A program made the position numbers and the translations under genes. A stretch of 64,000 nucleotides of DNA from Eledone cirrhosa (lineage: Eukaryota), in NCBI GenBank assembly GCA_964016885.1, contig OZ024741.1, forward strand, positions 200,322,001-200,386,000, in the 5' to 3' direction. The notes under the pieces are model-generated. The model was not told the DNA's origin. It searched no databases and saw only the letters and a list, made by a program, of their open reading frames with translations. Positions 12,941-27,659 of this stretch are shown one piece after another (the first letter of the stretch is position 1; every line of letters begins with the position of its first letter).

Positions 12941-14313
12941 TATATCTGATAAATTCCGACCTTACACACTTGCACCTCTCTAAGACAATGTCACTGGACC
13001 GAGATCTTTGGCGCTATGCAGTAATACAGAAGACTCGGCTTGCCTATGTACAAAGTGAAACCTACAGTCAGTAGGCACCTCTTAACCAAATATACACCCC
13101 AATCCACTACCCCTACCCTATCTCCCACTCCCACCAACACCACCCTCTCTCTATAAAGTTGGTACCACAACATCCAGTCCAAATAAATGAGATAAATGAG
13201 ATCGAGATCGAGATCATGTAGGTGTCACGAGAAAAAAAACACACAGTCCACGCTGTAATGTGGCCGTGTAGGTAACACGGTAAAAAGATCCCAGTTCCAC
13301 ACTGTAAATGTGGTTGGGTGTTAGGAAGGGCATCCAGCCGTAGATAACCTGCCAGATAGCCCTATATGAGCGAGACACGGTCACCCGACCAACCTTGCCT
13401 CAAGTGGGACAACTCCAGTCTAACCCATGCTAGCGTGGAAAGTGGGCGTTAAACGAAGATGATGATGATGAAGATGATGATGATATATTCAAAATAGGGA
13501 GCACACTGGACAAAGACAAAGGAAAGAACAACGGAAAGATGGACAGTCCCATCATCTCAGTCAACCTCTGGAAATCAATAAAAAGTATCTAGCCCACACT
13601 GTAATTGTGGTTGCCCTTTCTAACGTCAACCACATTTACAGCTGTAAAAATGAAGCCAGAAATATAATGTATTAGCAAGTCATGGTCACCTGACCCAACT
13701 TGCCTCAAATGGGACAACCCAAGCTAGCGTGGAAAATGGACGTTAAACGGTGATGATGATATATATATATATATATGTAAAAGTAGTTCCACAACAGTTT
13801 AAATACCAAATTCTTTTTCTTATTTATCTGTGTTCCTTCCTCTTATCACTCTTTACTTTTTATTTATCTTCTATTTCTAACTCTATCTTCTGATGAAGGA
13901 CTAGTGTCCAAAACCTTAAGACTCTCTTCCTGCTATTTCAAGCATTAAACTAATATATTTCTTCCATGTACTGTGCCATTTGTTTTGTTCTTTTAGTTAT
14001 TTATGTTTAATTTCTACACACACACATATATATATCCATATATATATATATATACATACACACACGCACACACACACATATATTTATATGAAAGCAAGGG
14101 ACTGAGTGGTTAGAGAATTGGATTCACAATTATGAGGTTGTGAGTTCGATTCCCAGACCGGGTGATGTGTTATGTCCTTGAGCAAGAGACTTTATTTCAC
14201 ATTGCTCCTTCTGCCTGGAGTTGCGACTGATAGATAGTATTAGCAATTAGAAAGACCAATGGAAACATTGTTTCCTCAGTCCGATTTGATGAAAGTCGAT
14301 CAAATGTTGATAT

Positions 14314-15260
14314 ACGAGATAGTATCAAAAAGTTCCTGGACTAGTTATGTTTAAAAAAAATCTATTATATTTACCTAAGTTTTAATATCATCTCCTTCGA
14401 AATAGTTACCTTGTGTAGCAATATACTGGTCCCAGCATTCCTGCCACTTTTGGAATCTGGCCTGGAAGTTGTTTTCTGGAAGCGAGTTGAGGACCTTCTG
14501 CGATTCACTCTGGATCTCAGTATTAAAATGGTGTTAAAACGGTAACCTTTGAGCTGCATTTTCAGCGTAGAGAAGAGATGAAAGCCCGCAGGAGCTAAAT
14601 TTGGTGAATAGGGCAGGTATTGAAGTGATACAATGTTTTTGGTGAGAAACTCACGAGTGAGGAGAGCTCAGTGACAGGATGCATTGTTGTCATGAAGAAT
14701 ACAATTCTTCACGCTCCACAAATCCGGTCGCTTTCGCCAAATGTCCTCCCTCAAATACTTCAAAACATTGCAGTAGAACTCTCGATTGATGGTCTGGCCC
14801 TGGGGGATGAATTCTTGATTCACAATACCGTGGATGTGAAAAAAAAACGATGAGCATGCTGTTGATTGAGCTGCAGCTCTGTTGTGCCTTCTTCAGTCAT
14901 GGAGATGAAGGGCTTTTCCACTGTGTCGACTGCTGCTTCATCTCAGGGTCGTACCCGTAGACCCAATTCTCGTCACCGGAGATGATCCTTAACATGAAGG
15001 AACATAGCAGACTTCACAAGTTTAACGCAAAATTTCATGTTGGCTCTTTGTTCCAATGTCCTGTTCATGACAACATCACAGGCTACAGCATACACGTGTT
15101 CACGAAAACACAAATTTCACAACTTGTGAAGTGAACACAGCGATGTAACTTGGTACACTGGCGCATGAAAGTCACTGTTAGCTCTCACTGTGCACACAAT
15201 CATGTGTTGCTATCTGTGGCGTGCTATGAAATGAGTCCTGAAACCTTTTGATACCACCTT
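14314..15260 (-). mobile_element. Tc1/mariner deletion derivative with TIRs
   Basis: Imperfect TIRs TACGAGATAGTATCAAAAAGTTCCTGGACT / AGTCCTGAAACCTTTTGATACCACCT. Contains a frameshifted mariner C-terminus (LKGYRF...YFEGD-like). Confidence 0.75.
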
Positions 15261-15378
15261 TTATATGTATATATCCATATGTGGTTGACGGTTTAGACAA
15301 AAGAGTACTCAATACCGAAGTAGAGTTTTAATATTCATTCTATTAAGATTATATAGTGCCTCTTGTTACTCTGGAGTT

Positions 15379-15545
15379 TCACCTGCTTATCACAGGGCCA
15401 TCATTATACTGGTTACTAGATTGACTTCTACATCTGATGTTTTTAGCAACTATTTCTGATGGTCCCACAGCTTTACCATTCTTCATCTTGATTGCATCTT
15501 TGACGCTATAACTGTCAACTTTAATAGCTGGTCCTTTCTTTAGCC
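15379..15545 (-). mobile_element. RTE LINE internal fragment
   Basis: GPAIKVDSYSVKDAIKMKNGKAVGPSEIVA is homologous to ORF 10244..10957. Confidence 0.7.
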
Positions 15546-16189
15546 AAGTTGGTGGTAGTTTATGATAATGCAAAATTATCTGAAGGTATCAACTGGCAAA
15601 ACTATTTTCTTAGCATAATCTTAGACAGAGACATGCTAGACTGCTAATGTAAAGAATCTGATCCTTGGATCATTCAATGACTATTTTCATCTTGATGCAG
15701 TCCTAGGGGCACTGTAGTAACGTAAGGCATTTCTTGGGCATTTTATGCCTGGTGGAGCCCATCCTTCTCCAGGTCTGAACAGGAGGACTGAGAGTGAGAG
15801 AGAGAAAGTGAGAAAGAGATACAAAGGAAGAATCGACCCCAGTACCTTTTTTGTATCGAGCTCAAAAGAATGAAAGGCAAAGTTGACCTCAGCAGGATTT
15901 GAACTTAGAGAGAAGAGAGCCGGAATGAATGCCACAACACGTTCTGCCAATTTGCCACAAATATACAATATATCAATATTTATATATAATTAAATAAAGA
16001 TGACTTTCAAGTACTTTGTGGTTCTGAGAAATGTAGCAGATTGGTGACTGGCACAAATGAAACCACCAAAACTTCAATATGATGAGAGGTAACATAAAGA
16101 ATCATACAGCATTATTCTTCGCAGATTAACAAGGAACGTTAGGTAGAGGGGCCTATTCAAAAAATATTTTCCATCTCCATTTCATGCTG

Positions 16190-18750
16190 TAAAAACTGGT
16201 GATGGGTCCCATAACAATTGGAACCTTGAACATCACAACACTTACAGGTAAGGAGCAGGAAATAGGGAAGGAGGCTAGATGCTATCAGCTAGATATAGTT
16301 GGGATTTCCTCAACAAAGTTCTGTGGCTCTGGTACTGTAGATTTGAATGGAAGATGGAAACTCCATTTTCAAGGACGGCATCAGAAATGATTGCACATTC
16401 AGGAGTAGGGATACTCATTAGGTCTCTTTGGATGGTGCAAGTTTATGCACCAAACAAGAAGGCTAAATACACATCCTTCCTTGATGAAGTCACTCCAGTG
16501 TTAGATGTAGTTAAGACTGTAGACTTCAATGCACATGTTGGCAGACTGGAGTGTTTAGAAGGAATGGCAATCCCAACCTAAATATGAAAGGAGAGGTTTT
16601 ATCAGACTTCTGTTCTAACAATGGACTCACTATTATGAACACCTTCTTCCAGCACAGAGACATCTATAAATATACATAGTATAAGGTGAATTGGGGACAG
16701 AGATCAATAATTGAGTTTGTTATTGTCTCTTACCTCTTCGATTCTGTGCTAGATGTTTGTGTTAAGAGCTGTCAACTGATCACCATCTAGTAATTTGCAA
16801 CTTGAGACTACCTAAATCCAAAGAAACCCACAAAACTGGCAGGTTCAGGCCAACCTACTGGATAAAGTGGGAAGCGTTGGTGGAAAAAGAAGTTGGGGCC
16901 AGGTATGCAGATACTATTCAATCCAAATTCAGAGAACTTCTTTAGCAAACTGAGGACTTTGAAACGGAGTGGAGATTGTTCAGCTGTTAAATGCTGCAGG
17001 CAAAAGAGGCTGGGTGTGGAGCTGGAAGGTATCCAAATTCAGAAAACTCACAGAGCTAAACAAGGATACACAATGATTGTGCATTCATCCCTCACCTCCC
17101 ATCACATGTTGTAGGTCCAATGACACATTTTACAGCATGTGATGGAGACTGCAATATATTTTTCAAACAGGCCCCTCTACCTAAGACCTGAACGTGTCCC
17201 TTGATAAACCATATGAAGGATGATGTAGTATGACTGCCTTTGTTGTATCAGGAACAGATATGCAGTTACTATTGCATTATAGAACTCCTTTGGCAAACTG
17301 AGGATGTTGAAACAGTGGAGACTGTTTAAATCAGCAGTTTCTGCTTCAGCCATTAACTGATGAAGGAAAAAGCAGCTTGGTGCAATGCCAGGTGGTTAGA
17401 GGACCCATTGGTTCAATCAAGAGGTCAAAGATGCCATCTGAACAAAAAAGTAGGCCTACAAAGCTTGGCTTGGAAATAAGTCCCTCTTCTTGGACAGAGA
17501 GGTGATTCCTTCAAGATGGAGAAAATACATTGCTGATCTCTTAAACCAGATCACAACAGCATTTTCTGATGTATATGAGGTGCGTCTGGGAGCAATGACT
17601 AATCTCTCAGAAGCTAGGGTCACAAGAGCTATTAAAGAGTTCAAATGTGACAAGCTGCTGGGGAGGATGAAATTCTGCCCGAGATGTTAAAAGACTTAAA
17701 TAAAGAAAGTATTCTATGCCTGGATCGCTGGAAAGGCACCAAAGCAATGGCAATCAGGAGTGACAACCCCAATTTTCAAAAAGGGAGACCAGAGAGATTG
17801 ATTGAATTATAGTGGGATCTCTTTTTAAGCGTACCTGGTAAAGTCTATCCAGGAAAAAATATGTCTGGTATATAGCCAACTGAATATTCATAGTGTGGCA
17901 TGTCTTCTAGAAATCATGGGAGTACTGCCAGGGGGTATATTCTTGCTTTGTAGACCTCAAAAAGGCATACAACTGCATTCCACAGGACCAGCTGTCAAAA
18001 GTTTGGCAGGAGCACTCAATAGCTGGAGTGTCTCGTGTTGCTCTGATGTCTCTATATGCCTGAGTATTTGTATTCAGATAAATGGTTCTAAATCAAAACC
18101 ATTTAATGTGGGAGTACTGTAACATCTCCTGTTCATAATCTTCATGAATATGTGCAGCAGGGTTGGAAGTGGCATCATGACTGGTGAGTGTAGGATCAGT
18201 CTGTTAACTTGTCAGAATGTGATCTCTGACATGCACTTGATAGGTTTGATACTGAATGTTGCATCACTGACACACTTGTCCTCTCAAGGAAGCCTGTGCA
18301 GTGCACTCTACATGTAAATGAAGTTCCACTGAAGCAGGTAGAAAGGTTCAAGTATCTCAGGGCTGTGTTCATAGTTGATGGAAAGCAGGAGGCTGAATTA
18401 AGTGCAAGAATTGCAGGAGCTGGTGTAGTAATGTGCCAGCTTCAGCATTTGGTGATCAGAAGAAGGGAGGTAGGTGTAGAAGCCAAACTTGCTATCTTCA
18501 ATTTGGTATTCATGCCAACCCTTATCTATGGTCATGAGTCTTGGGTAATGACGAAAAGAATATGATTGCAAATACAAGCAGCCAAATGGGGTTCCTCCAA
18601 AGGGTCTTTGGAGTAATGTTACTCAATAGAGTGTGTAGCTTGGAGATCTAAGAGTCATTCCAGGTAGAGTCACTACTTCTCCGAATTGAGAGATCACAGC
18701 TCCAATATTATGGACATATGGTTAGAATGTCCCAGGAAAGAATCAAATTG
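16190..18750 (+). mobile_element. Heavily degraded RTE-clade LINE
   Basis: Motifs IGTLNITTL, VYAPN, DFNAHVG, QVERFKYL and PTLIYGHESW occur in successive broken frames. A related 3' fragment lies at 25585-25930. Confidence 0.8.
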
Positions 18751-18999
18751 CACTTTATCAAAGTATGGTGATATTGATTCCTTTGTGGTTACCTTTAGCA
18801 TTTAATCTTCTAATCTTGTAACTATAGGACACTGTTGCAGTAATGTTGAACAAGGGTGTTGAAAAATATTGGGTACAATTTGACCTTGGATAGATTTTCT
18901 GTTAAAATAAAAAAAGTGATAACGTAGTATTGAGCTGGTTGCTGAACATAATAGTGCTCCCATCCATGAAAGAGCTAGCGGTAAAACCATTTCTCAGTA

Positions 19000-19370
19000 A
19001 AAATTCTTTGTAGAGCCTGTCCTTTTGTTATTTACTTGGTTTTGCCTGTGGTGCATATATAGACATAATTGTCACCAGTCTATTTCCTACAGCTATTCTA
19101 AGTTTGATAATTCTGTCATTTACTCTAACTGGCTCTATCTCCTTAGCTATCCATTTCTCAGCAAATCGAATGCCTACCCCATCGTCATTTCCTACCCAGT
19201 AGAGTTTTTATCTATGTTGTTTGCCTATGAGTAGTCTTGCTGAGGCACCCCTCCTTCTCACATCTTGTACTCAGCATACATATGCTTCTCACTAACAGTT
19301 CTACAATTTCACCGGATTTACTTTTCAGGGTGCCAACATTGAAATGGCAATCCTGAGATTTTTAAGTCAT
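19000..19370 (-). mobile_element. RTE APE-endonuclease fragment
   Basis: Manual translation NVGTLK..LYWVGNDDGVG..VRVNDRIIKLRIAVG..IYAPQA is homologous to 11448-11790. Confidence 0.7.
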
Positions 19371-19484
19371 CAGTTGAAATATTTATAAGTAATGGAATCA
19401 CTCGTCTGATGTATGTGCCTAGTTTTTGTCTGGTGCTCTGCTGATTCTACAAATCCTCCACTCTTCAATAATAATAATAATAAT

Positions 19485-19870
19485 AATCATCATCATTTAA
19501 CGTCCATCTTCCATGTTAGCATGAGTAAGATGGGCTGTCCCTTTGTGAGAGATCAAGTTGGGGGACCGTGATTTGCTCACACAGAACAAATTTTGGCTTG
19601 GTTTCTATGGCTGGATGCCCTTCCTAATGCCAACCACATTTAAACGTGTGCTGTGTGCTTTTTGTTGTGACTCCTACACAACCACTTTACAGTGAGGGCT
19701 GGGTGCCTTTTGTTGTGACACCTACATGACCCCTTTACAGTGTGGACTGGGTGCTTTTTGTTGTGACAACTACATGACCCCTTTACAGTGTGGACAGGGC
19801 GCTCGCTTTTGTCATGACACCTACATGACCACTATAGTATGGGCTGGGCTCTTTTGTCGTGGCTCCATTA
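19485..19870 (-). mobile_element. RTE-tailed non-autonomous repeat with ~42-bp internal tandem subunits (related copy at 13215-13485)
   Basis: Contains GGCTGGATGCCCTTCCTAA and repeated TGTGACACCTACATGACC..TTTACAGTGTGGACTGGGTGCTTT blocks. Confidence 0.6.
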
Positions 19871-21679
19871 CTTCGTAATGGAATAACTCATATGATGTAT
19901 GCACCTGTTTTTTTCAATAGTTCCCTTACTATCTGCTAGGGAAGTACTTTCTCTATTCTATCCACTGGGACCTGCGATTTTGCAATCAAACGATGGAGTG
20001 AGGACTTGACAACCTTTTGTCAACTGGTTGGAATTACTGCTTTTTTTTAAAGCAGCTTCTTTGCTATCCTCCAAGGTAACACTATCACTATTCTGTCTGC
20101 TGGGACAATGAGATAGCATAGGCCTGTAGCAGTTAGAATTTTTTTGGTGACAGCTGAAAGAAAATGTAGGTTTTGTTATGTGGCAATGTTAGCCGAAAGT
20201 GAATGTAACGTAGAAGAAGTTAATATTTGTTGTTTTTGGTTGAAAGGGTGTCGCCACGAATGAACAGAATCTGTTGTTGTGGAAAATGATAGAACCTTGG
20301 GAAAAGGATTTTCCCATATCACGTCCAATGTTTTTGTGTGTATGCAAGATTCGTTGATGGCAGAAATACCATAAAACTTTATAACTTTTTACATGATTTA
20401 TTTACAACCGAAACAGGTTTACAAAATGTGTTGGCATACCAAGTAAAAGTGAAAGAACAAAATTAAGTGTTTGAAGCAAAGAAAGTGGTCCCTAGCCGAT
20501 ATATTGCTGACCGGGCCAAAGTTGTTATTTACCGTTACATTTTTGCTAGTGTTGACACTGAAAGGAAAAATGGATGTTTGCTTCTTGATGTCAAAGCAGC
20601 AACTAGAGTCTAATTAACAAAGAAGTGCGAAATTTCTTCTTTGGGCGGAAATAGTTAATATTCATGTGCGATTTATGATTGGTCAAAGTAACCAAATCAC
20701 GCATGAAAAGTTTATTGGTACGAGCCATGAAGCGATGCCGCTACAGGCCAAGGGCTCTGCACATCAAATAGGCAGATCAATGACAACCTTTCATCAACTG
20801 GTTCATGCTTCACCATACACATACATGTACTGATAATTAATGATAGTTAGTAAAATACTAATAATTAGTAAGTGAAATGAAGTTACAAGGGGAGGAAAAT
20901 TTACCCATATACTCACCTTGTGAGATGTTTCATTTATCTTTTATGATAATTATCACTTTTAAACAGGACCTTTTAGTTGTGTCAACCTCTCTAGTGTTGG
21001 TGATCTATATGATAAAGGCACCCAGTACATGCTGTAAAGTAGTTAGTGATAAGAAGCACATCTAGTTGTAGAAAGCTTGCCAAACAAAGTATTGGAAGTA
21101 CCCTTCAGTTGTTTTAAGGACATGACAACTGCCCTAGTATTCATGATCTACACAATAAATTTATCTAGTACATGCTGTAAAGTCGTTGGTGGGGGGAAGG
21201 GTATCCAGCCATAGAAAGCTGGCCAAACAAAGGATTGAGAAGACCATTCAGTTGTGTCAAAGACTTGACCTCTCTTGAGCTGGCCCCATGATAAAATGCA
21301 TACGATAGAACAAGGAACCATATGTAAGTGAAATGCGAACCCCTGGCCTGTTTGGGAGGTCAGTAGCCCCACAATACTACTGACTCAGTCTGTGAAGACC
21401 CGTCCAACTCTTGCTAGCAGGGAAAGTGAACATTAAATGATGATGATAATGAATAATACTTGTAGAGAAGATCGGAAAACCAAGCATTTCTAACGCCTTA
21501 TTAAATAACATGATGGACATACAATCAAATGTCTAGAGTAGTGTGTCTATATGTGTGTGGGTATATTTGTATGTTAGTGTGTATGTATGAATATATGCAT
21601 GTATGTATATATGTATGTATATATATATATGCATGTATGAATGTATGTATGATTGTATGTATGTATGCATGTATGTATG

Positions 21680-22700
21680 TAGTGGAGCACTTCACATACT
21701 TGGGAAGCGTCATTACCAATGACGCTACATCAGCCTCTGCCCTTCTAAAATCCCGGAGAGCTCAATTTGCTGGCCACTGTCACTGTGCCAGCAATGAAAT
21801 CATATCCGCTCTCTTGCTCTGGAACCCTGACTCCAGCCTGACTAGGAGTAGGAAGCTGTCATTCCCTGACGTTATCTCTAGGGATACGGGAATCAGCAGA
21901 CAGGACCTGGGGGCAGCGATGGGGGACAGGGGATTCTGGGGCATGAGAGTGAGATCTATCATCTCGACAGTAGTCGACGAGTGATGATGATGACATCAGA
22001 AAAGGACATTGGCAACTGCATTGCCATGGCCAGCAGCTCATTCTGATGCTTGTAGAAACACATGTGGCCAAACCACTCTCTATGCCTCAGCAGAAAGATT
22101 AGAGTCTACAAAGCTGTTGTAATCGCTGCCCTCCTCTACAGAGCTGAAATCTGGGTCTTGTACCAAAAGCAGATCAAGCTACTGGAAAGATTCAATTAGC
22201 GATGCCTTCGCTCCATTACGGGCATCCATTGGCAGGGCTATGTAACAAACAAGGAAGTTCTTAAGTGGGCCGATATCACAAGCATTGAGAGCATGCTGAT
22301 GCTGAGACAGCTCTGCTGGGTAGGTCATGTCTCATGCATGAACGATCATGTCTCATGGATGACAAAGGAAGTTTTCTACAGCGAACTACGTCAAAGCAAT
22401 CGAAACCAAGCCCCCCCCCCCCCCATTGAAAACGCTTCAAAGACCAACTCAAGTGCCAGCTGATCACAGTGAATAGGAACACCTGGTACAAGACGGAGAG
22501 AAATGGAGAGCAGGAAGGCAGCAGCTGAAGACAATCATCAAATAAGAAAGCTGTCTGCCACCCAACCACCAACTGACCAAGTACACACTTGCTCCAACTA
22601 TACCAGAGCCTGCGGGTCCAGGATTGACCTCTACAGCCACCTCAGGGTGTGCCACCACATGGAACAGGACAATTCTTCACACTGATCTTTGCAAGTGAAG
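21680..22700 (+). mobile_element. Two adjacent RTE-like LINE 3' fragments
   Basis: First: VEHFTYLGSVI and RRAQFAGHC..LLLW with a (GAT)n tail. Second: broken frames with a C-terminal CSNYTRACGSRIDLYSHLRVC finger. Confidence 0.65.
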
Positions 22701-22919
22701 AACTCACCATTCCTGTATGTATCTATATGTGTGTGTATATTTGTATATAAGTGTATAGGTTTGTATATATTTATATATGTATGCATATATATATATGTGT
22801 GTGTGTATATATATGTGTGCGTGTGTGTGTGTGCATGTAGGTAGGGTGTATTGAACATTCCTATGGTTTTCAGAAAGCAAAGAACAAAATGTATATAGGG
22901 AGATGGCAACATATTCATG

Positions 22920-23563
22920 TCCTTTTGACACCAACCAACCTGAAACTGCCTGAAACCACCCTGGATTTATGACACCAAACTACCTGAAACTGCCCTGGAT
23001 TTATGACACCAAACTGTTTGAAATCACCCAGGATTTAAGACACCAAACTGTTTGAAATCACCCTGGATTTAAGACACCAAACTGTTTGAAATCACCCTGG
23101 ATTTATGATACCAAACAAACTGTTTGAAATCACCCAGGATTTAAGACACCAAACTGTTTGAAATCACCCAGGATTTAAGACACCAAACTGTTTGAAATCA
23201 CCCAGGATTTAAGACACCAAACTGTTTGAAATCACCCAGAATTTAAGACACCAAACTGTTTGAAATCACCCTGGATTTATGACACCAAACTACCTGAAAC
23301 TGCCCTGGATTTATGTCACCAAACTACTTGAAACTGCCCTGGATATATAATACAAAACTACTCATTTAAATAATGTTTATACTTATATTTAAACCTCCCA
23401 CCATAATTTAATTTAAGAACTTTGTAAGTAATGTTTTGAATATCAGGTTACTAATGAAAGAGTTGGTTACCTTATTAAATTCCTCCAAATGTTTGGATAT
23501 TTTCAAAATTCATTGAAACACTGGCTTTATCTTTCATTGCAAATATGGTCAAGAAAGGGTTAA
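22920..23563 (+). mobile_element. piggyBac-like MITE with an internal 34-bp tandem array (about 22940-23350)
   Basis: Unit CCC(A/T)GGATTTAAGACACCAAACTGTTTGAAATCA, about 11-12 copies. Right end AAAGGGTTAA. Homologous to 1-184. Confidence 0.6.
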
Positions 23564-26411
23564 AGATTCAAACAATGTTCAATGGTAGTAAGACTATTTT
23601 ATTGATTAGCTAAATTGTTCACCAAGCATTAATTGGTTTCTTTTAGAACTCATTCAGCAAATTTTGGTTAAACACTTTCTTGTTGATCTACTTACTTTCA
23701 ATGAAATAAGAAATTCTTTACCCAAACCTAAAAATTAAAAAGTTCCTAGCATCGATGGGATTCAAGTAGAAATAGGATGTTGGATTTCAGATGGAAATAG
23801 AATGCTGGATCTCTTGCATAACCTTATACATAATTTTGGGGAGGAGATGGGCACTGCCAAGAATTTTTAAGGCCCACTGAAATGCTATGATGGACACACA
23901 GTCAAAGGTCTAGAGTGGCACCTCAATGACTGGCTGAACCAGTTGTAGGAACTTGATTGATTTGATACATATGTATGAATCCGTAACTCCTGGGGTCATA
24001 TGAGTGCTGTAATGATATACAGCATGTCTTTGGCATTTTAAACCAGGCAGAGTCCATCTCTTCTCCAGGTCTCAACACAGTCGAATTTTCCAGAGAAGGA
24101 GAGATAGATAGAGCGGAAGTAAAAAAGTGATATAGATATAAATCTTTTTCAAATTACACATACGTTACAGTTATTAAATGAACTCAAAAAGGAAATATAG
24201 GAAGTGTTGACAACAAATAATGTTTATGAATTTGTTTATCTGCAATAAAATTGTTACACATAAGTTTGATATGATTTCGAAATTCAATTTGCTTGAATAT
24301 TATTGTTTTTTAAATGTTTTAAACAATATAAAAAATATATCTTTATCAATAACATATTTTACATACATTTTAATATCTAACGTTAGGTTAAATATAAAAT
24401 TTTTACTTATTAAAAGATTTTTGTATAATTTAGTAAATCTTCAATTAGTTGGCAGTTGAATTATTTTATGAGTGAAATTATTTTCGTAGATAGTAGTTAA
24501 TAAAAAAAAGTGCAAGTCCAATACTTGGATCAATTCTTTTTCTATATCTCTTTCTTTCCCACTCACTTCCTTTTTCTCTGGAAGAAAATGGCTGTCTTTA
24601 GACCTGAAGCAGCATGGGCTCTGCCAGGTTTAAAATGCCCAAGTCATGCCATATGTGACAATGGCGTCTCTACACCTCCATCAGGAGTTAAAGAATAGTT
24701 AATTAGATTGATCTATTAAAAGGCAGATTATAAGACTTTTAGAGTATTTAAATTATTGTAGCAGTTAAATTGAAGAGAATATTGCATAATTTGGGAACAT
24801 AGGGTTGTTAACTAACTTGAATGAAAATGCTGGAAAAAAACTTGATGAAATGCTGAAAAATGGAAGTAAACGATGGAAAAATTTCCCAGAAATGTGAGAA
24901 AATGCTGGAAAAAATTGACATTCAAGAGTTGTATATATGGACATAATTGAGATGTTCATGTTGTATACTGCCTTAATGTTTTTATATTGAAGAGTGTTTG
25001 CTGCTTTCTGATTACTGTACTCAATGGTTAGCTTGAGTTTGTATATCATATTTACGACATCTTATTTTCCTTTTATGCCTATTTTTCCATGCTTGCATGG
25101 GTTGGACGGATCTTTTCCAGCACAACTTCCCTGCATATATCATCATATATTTATGTATGATGGCCTAAACATCTGAGGGATTCGCAGGGGCACTGTAGTG
25201 ATATGCTTGGGCATTTAAATATGGCTGAACATAGCCAATTTCTTTCAGAGAAGGAGAGAGCATGATAGAAGAGAAAGATATAGAGGAAGGATCGACCCCA
25301 TATAATCTGTCTCCCTTTATCTCTCTCTCTCACACGCACATACATACTCATACATACACACTCATACATACAAACACATACATACTTATACATACACACT
25401 TATACATACACACAATTTTTGTGTAATTTTATACATGACTAACTTTTCTCCCTCTCTCTTTCAAATTTTGTTTTCTCATATCTTGATCTTCAACTCTGAT
25501 CCTCTGCCCTCTTTGTTAACATTCACCTTTTTTTTCTACTTGCATTCCAACCGTGCCCACCCATTTTGGGTAAGGACTAAAATAATATGATCGCGAATAC
25601 AAGTGGCCACAATGAAGTTCCTCTGAAGTGTCTTTGAATTAATGTTATTCACTAGCATGTTTAGTTTGGAGATCAGAGAGTCGCTCTAAGTAGAACTGTT
25701 ACTTTTCCAAATTGAAAGATCACAGCCCCGATATTATGGACGTATGGTTAGAATGTCTCAGGAAAAAATTGCTGGACAGATTTTCCAAGCAAAACCAGCC
25801 AGCTGGAGACCCAAGGGTAAATCCCAAGCAAAATGGTTGGATAACATCCATGAGCTTGGCTAGTCTTGCTTGGGGATCCAGCTGGAGACAGTTGCTACTG
25901 ACAAAACATGCTGGAAGGTGTGCTTGAGGACTCTGCCCCCCCCCCCCAGGGGGAATAATTAGGTGAAGAAGAGGAAGATGGTACAAGGCTGGGAATTTAA
26001 GGAGAGGGGAATGTCAATTGTACTATGGATATTCTCGGGCATAGCATTTCATCTAATGCTCTAATGGTTATGCTAATCTACTGCACTTAATGGTTTCTGA
26101 TTTTGGTAGAAGGGTAAATCAATTATATTGACCCCAGTACTTGACTGGTATGTAGAACAGGGCATTAGAAACCGGAATGCTATAAATATGTTGTAAAAAA
26201 CTTACATAAATATGTTGTAAAAAACTTCAAGAGAAATCCAATGTATTATTAAACCAAATATAACTTAAAAACAAGACTAGTACATTTACAGCTACTTTTC
26301 AACATGGACAACATAGGTATTTTATTAGTATATATATATATATATATATATGTATAAGCAAATGAATGAATGAAGGAGTTACAGGCCGTTAAAACAAGTT
26401 CTTTATACAAA

Positions 26412-26449
26412 TCTTACACAATGTTTCGCCCACAAGGGCTCCTCAGAGA
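26412..26449 (-). ncRNA. Minimal type I hammerhead ribozyme motif (Penelope-type)
   Basis: Minus strand reads TCT-CTGAGGA-GCCC TTGT GGGC-GAAACA TTG TGTA-AGA: complete core, 4-bp stem II, GUA cleavage triplet and 3-bp stem I. Confidence 0.65.
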
Positions 26450-27235
26450 AATGATTGTTTATATAATTGTTTCTACTTTTTGGCACAAGGCCAGCAATTA
26501 TCCCAGTGTATTACTGGTACTTTATTTTATCGACCCTGTGAGGATGAAAGAATGATTGTTTATATAATGTCATCAATAAATATAAATACCGTTGAGAATC
26601 TTTCCATTAGATTCACGTATCCTTGCATGGTAGGCGAAAAATAATATATGTATATATATATATATTATATATGTACACATATATATATATAATAAGAACA
26701 AAGAGGAGGTGTTACATAGGAGATTTATTGCTCAATCCTGGTTACAAATGTTACTCAGGTAGCTGGCTCGTGATCAGGGTTGGCACCCCAGACCAGACTC
26801 CAAGTTTGCCTGATCCTCAGACCAGTGTAAACACAACACAAATCACATCAAATCTGTGGACAAACCAGCAAAGGGACAAACAAGTATATAGAATGACCAA
26901 ACATGGGATTAGAATTCAACGGACGTACTTATTCTGAGCATTACAAGAAAAAAAACAGTTATAAATAAAAACAAAAAACAAAAATAACGGATATAAATAA
27001 ATAAATATACACACGTATACACGATCACACACATACACACATAGGTGCATAAAATACCTCTCACACATAAAAATTGTACATATACATACATATGTAACTG
27101 AATTCTTCTATGTTTTGCTTGGCGGAGATTCGAAATCGACTCTAAAATTTCTCACCTCTAAAATCACCTATTGTTAGAAAAATAGAAACATCCTCTCTTG
27201 TGTTCTTACCATTTTCCTGTCAAAAGCAACATATA

Positions 27236-27388
<153 letters not shown>

Positions 27389-27479
27389 TGAGATTCTACA
27401 GGACTAGAACTGTTTCATTCATTGCTATGTATTGAGTACCTTACTTACTGTGGTTACCTCCGATTCAACCCGGAATAAC

Positions 27480-27651
<172 letters not shown>

Positions 27652-27659
27652 TATATATT

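Noticed and set aside
24020-24655. Long imperfect inverted repeat as a novel element
   Set aside because: The arms are two oppositely oriented copies of a dispersed repeat also seen at about 400-560, 15700-15840 and 25190-25300.
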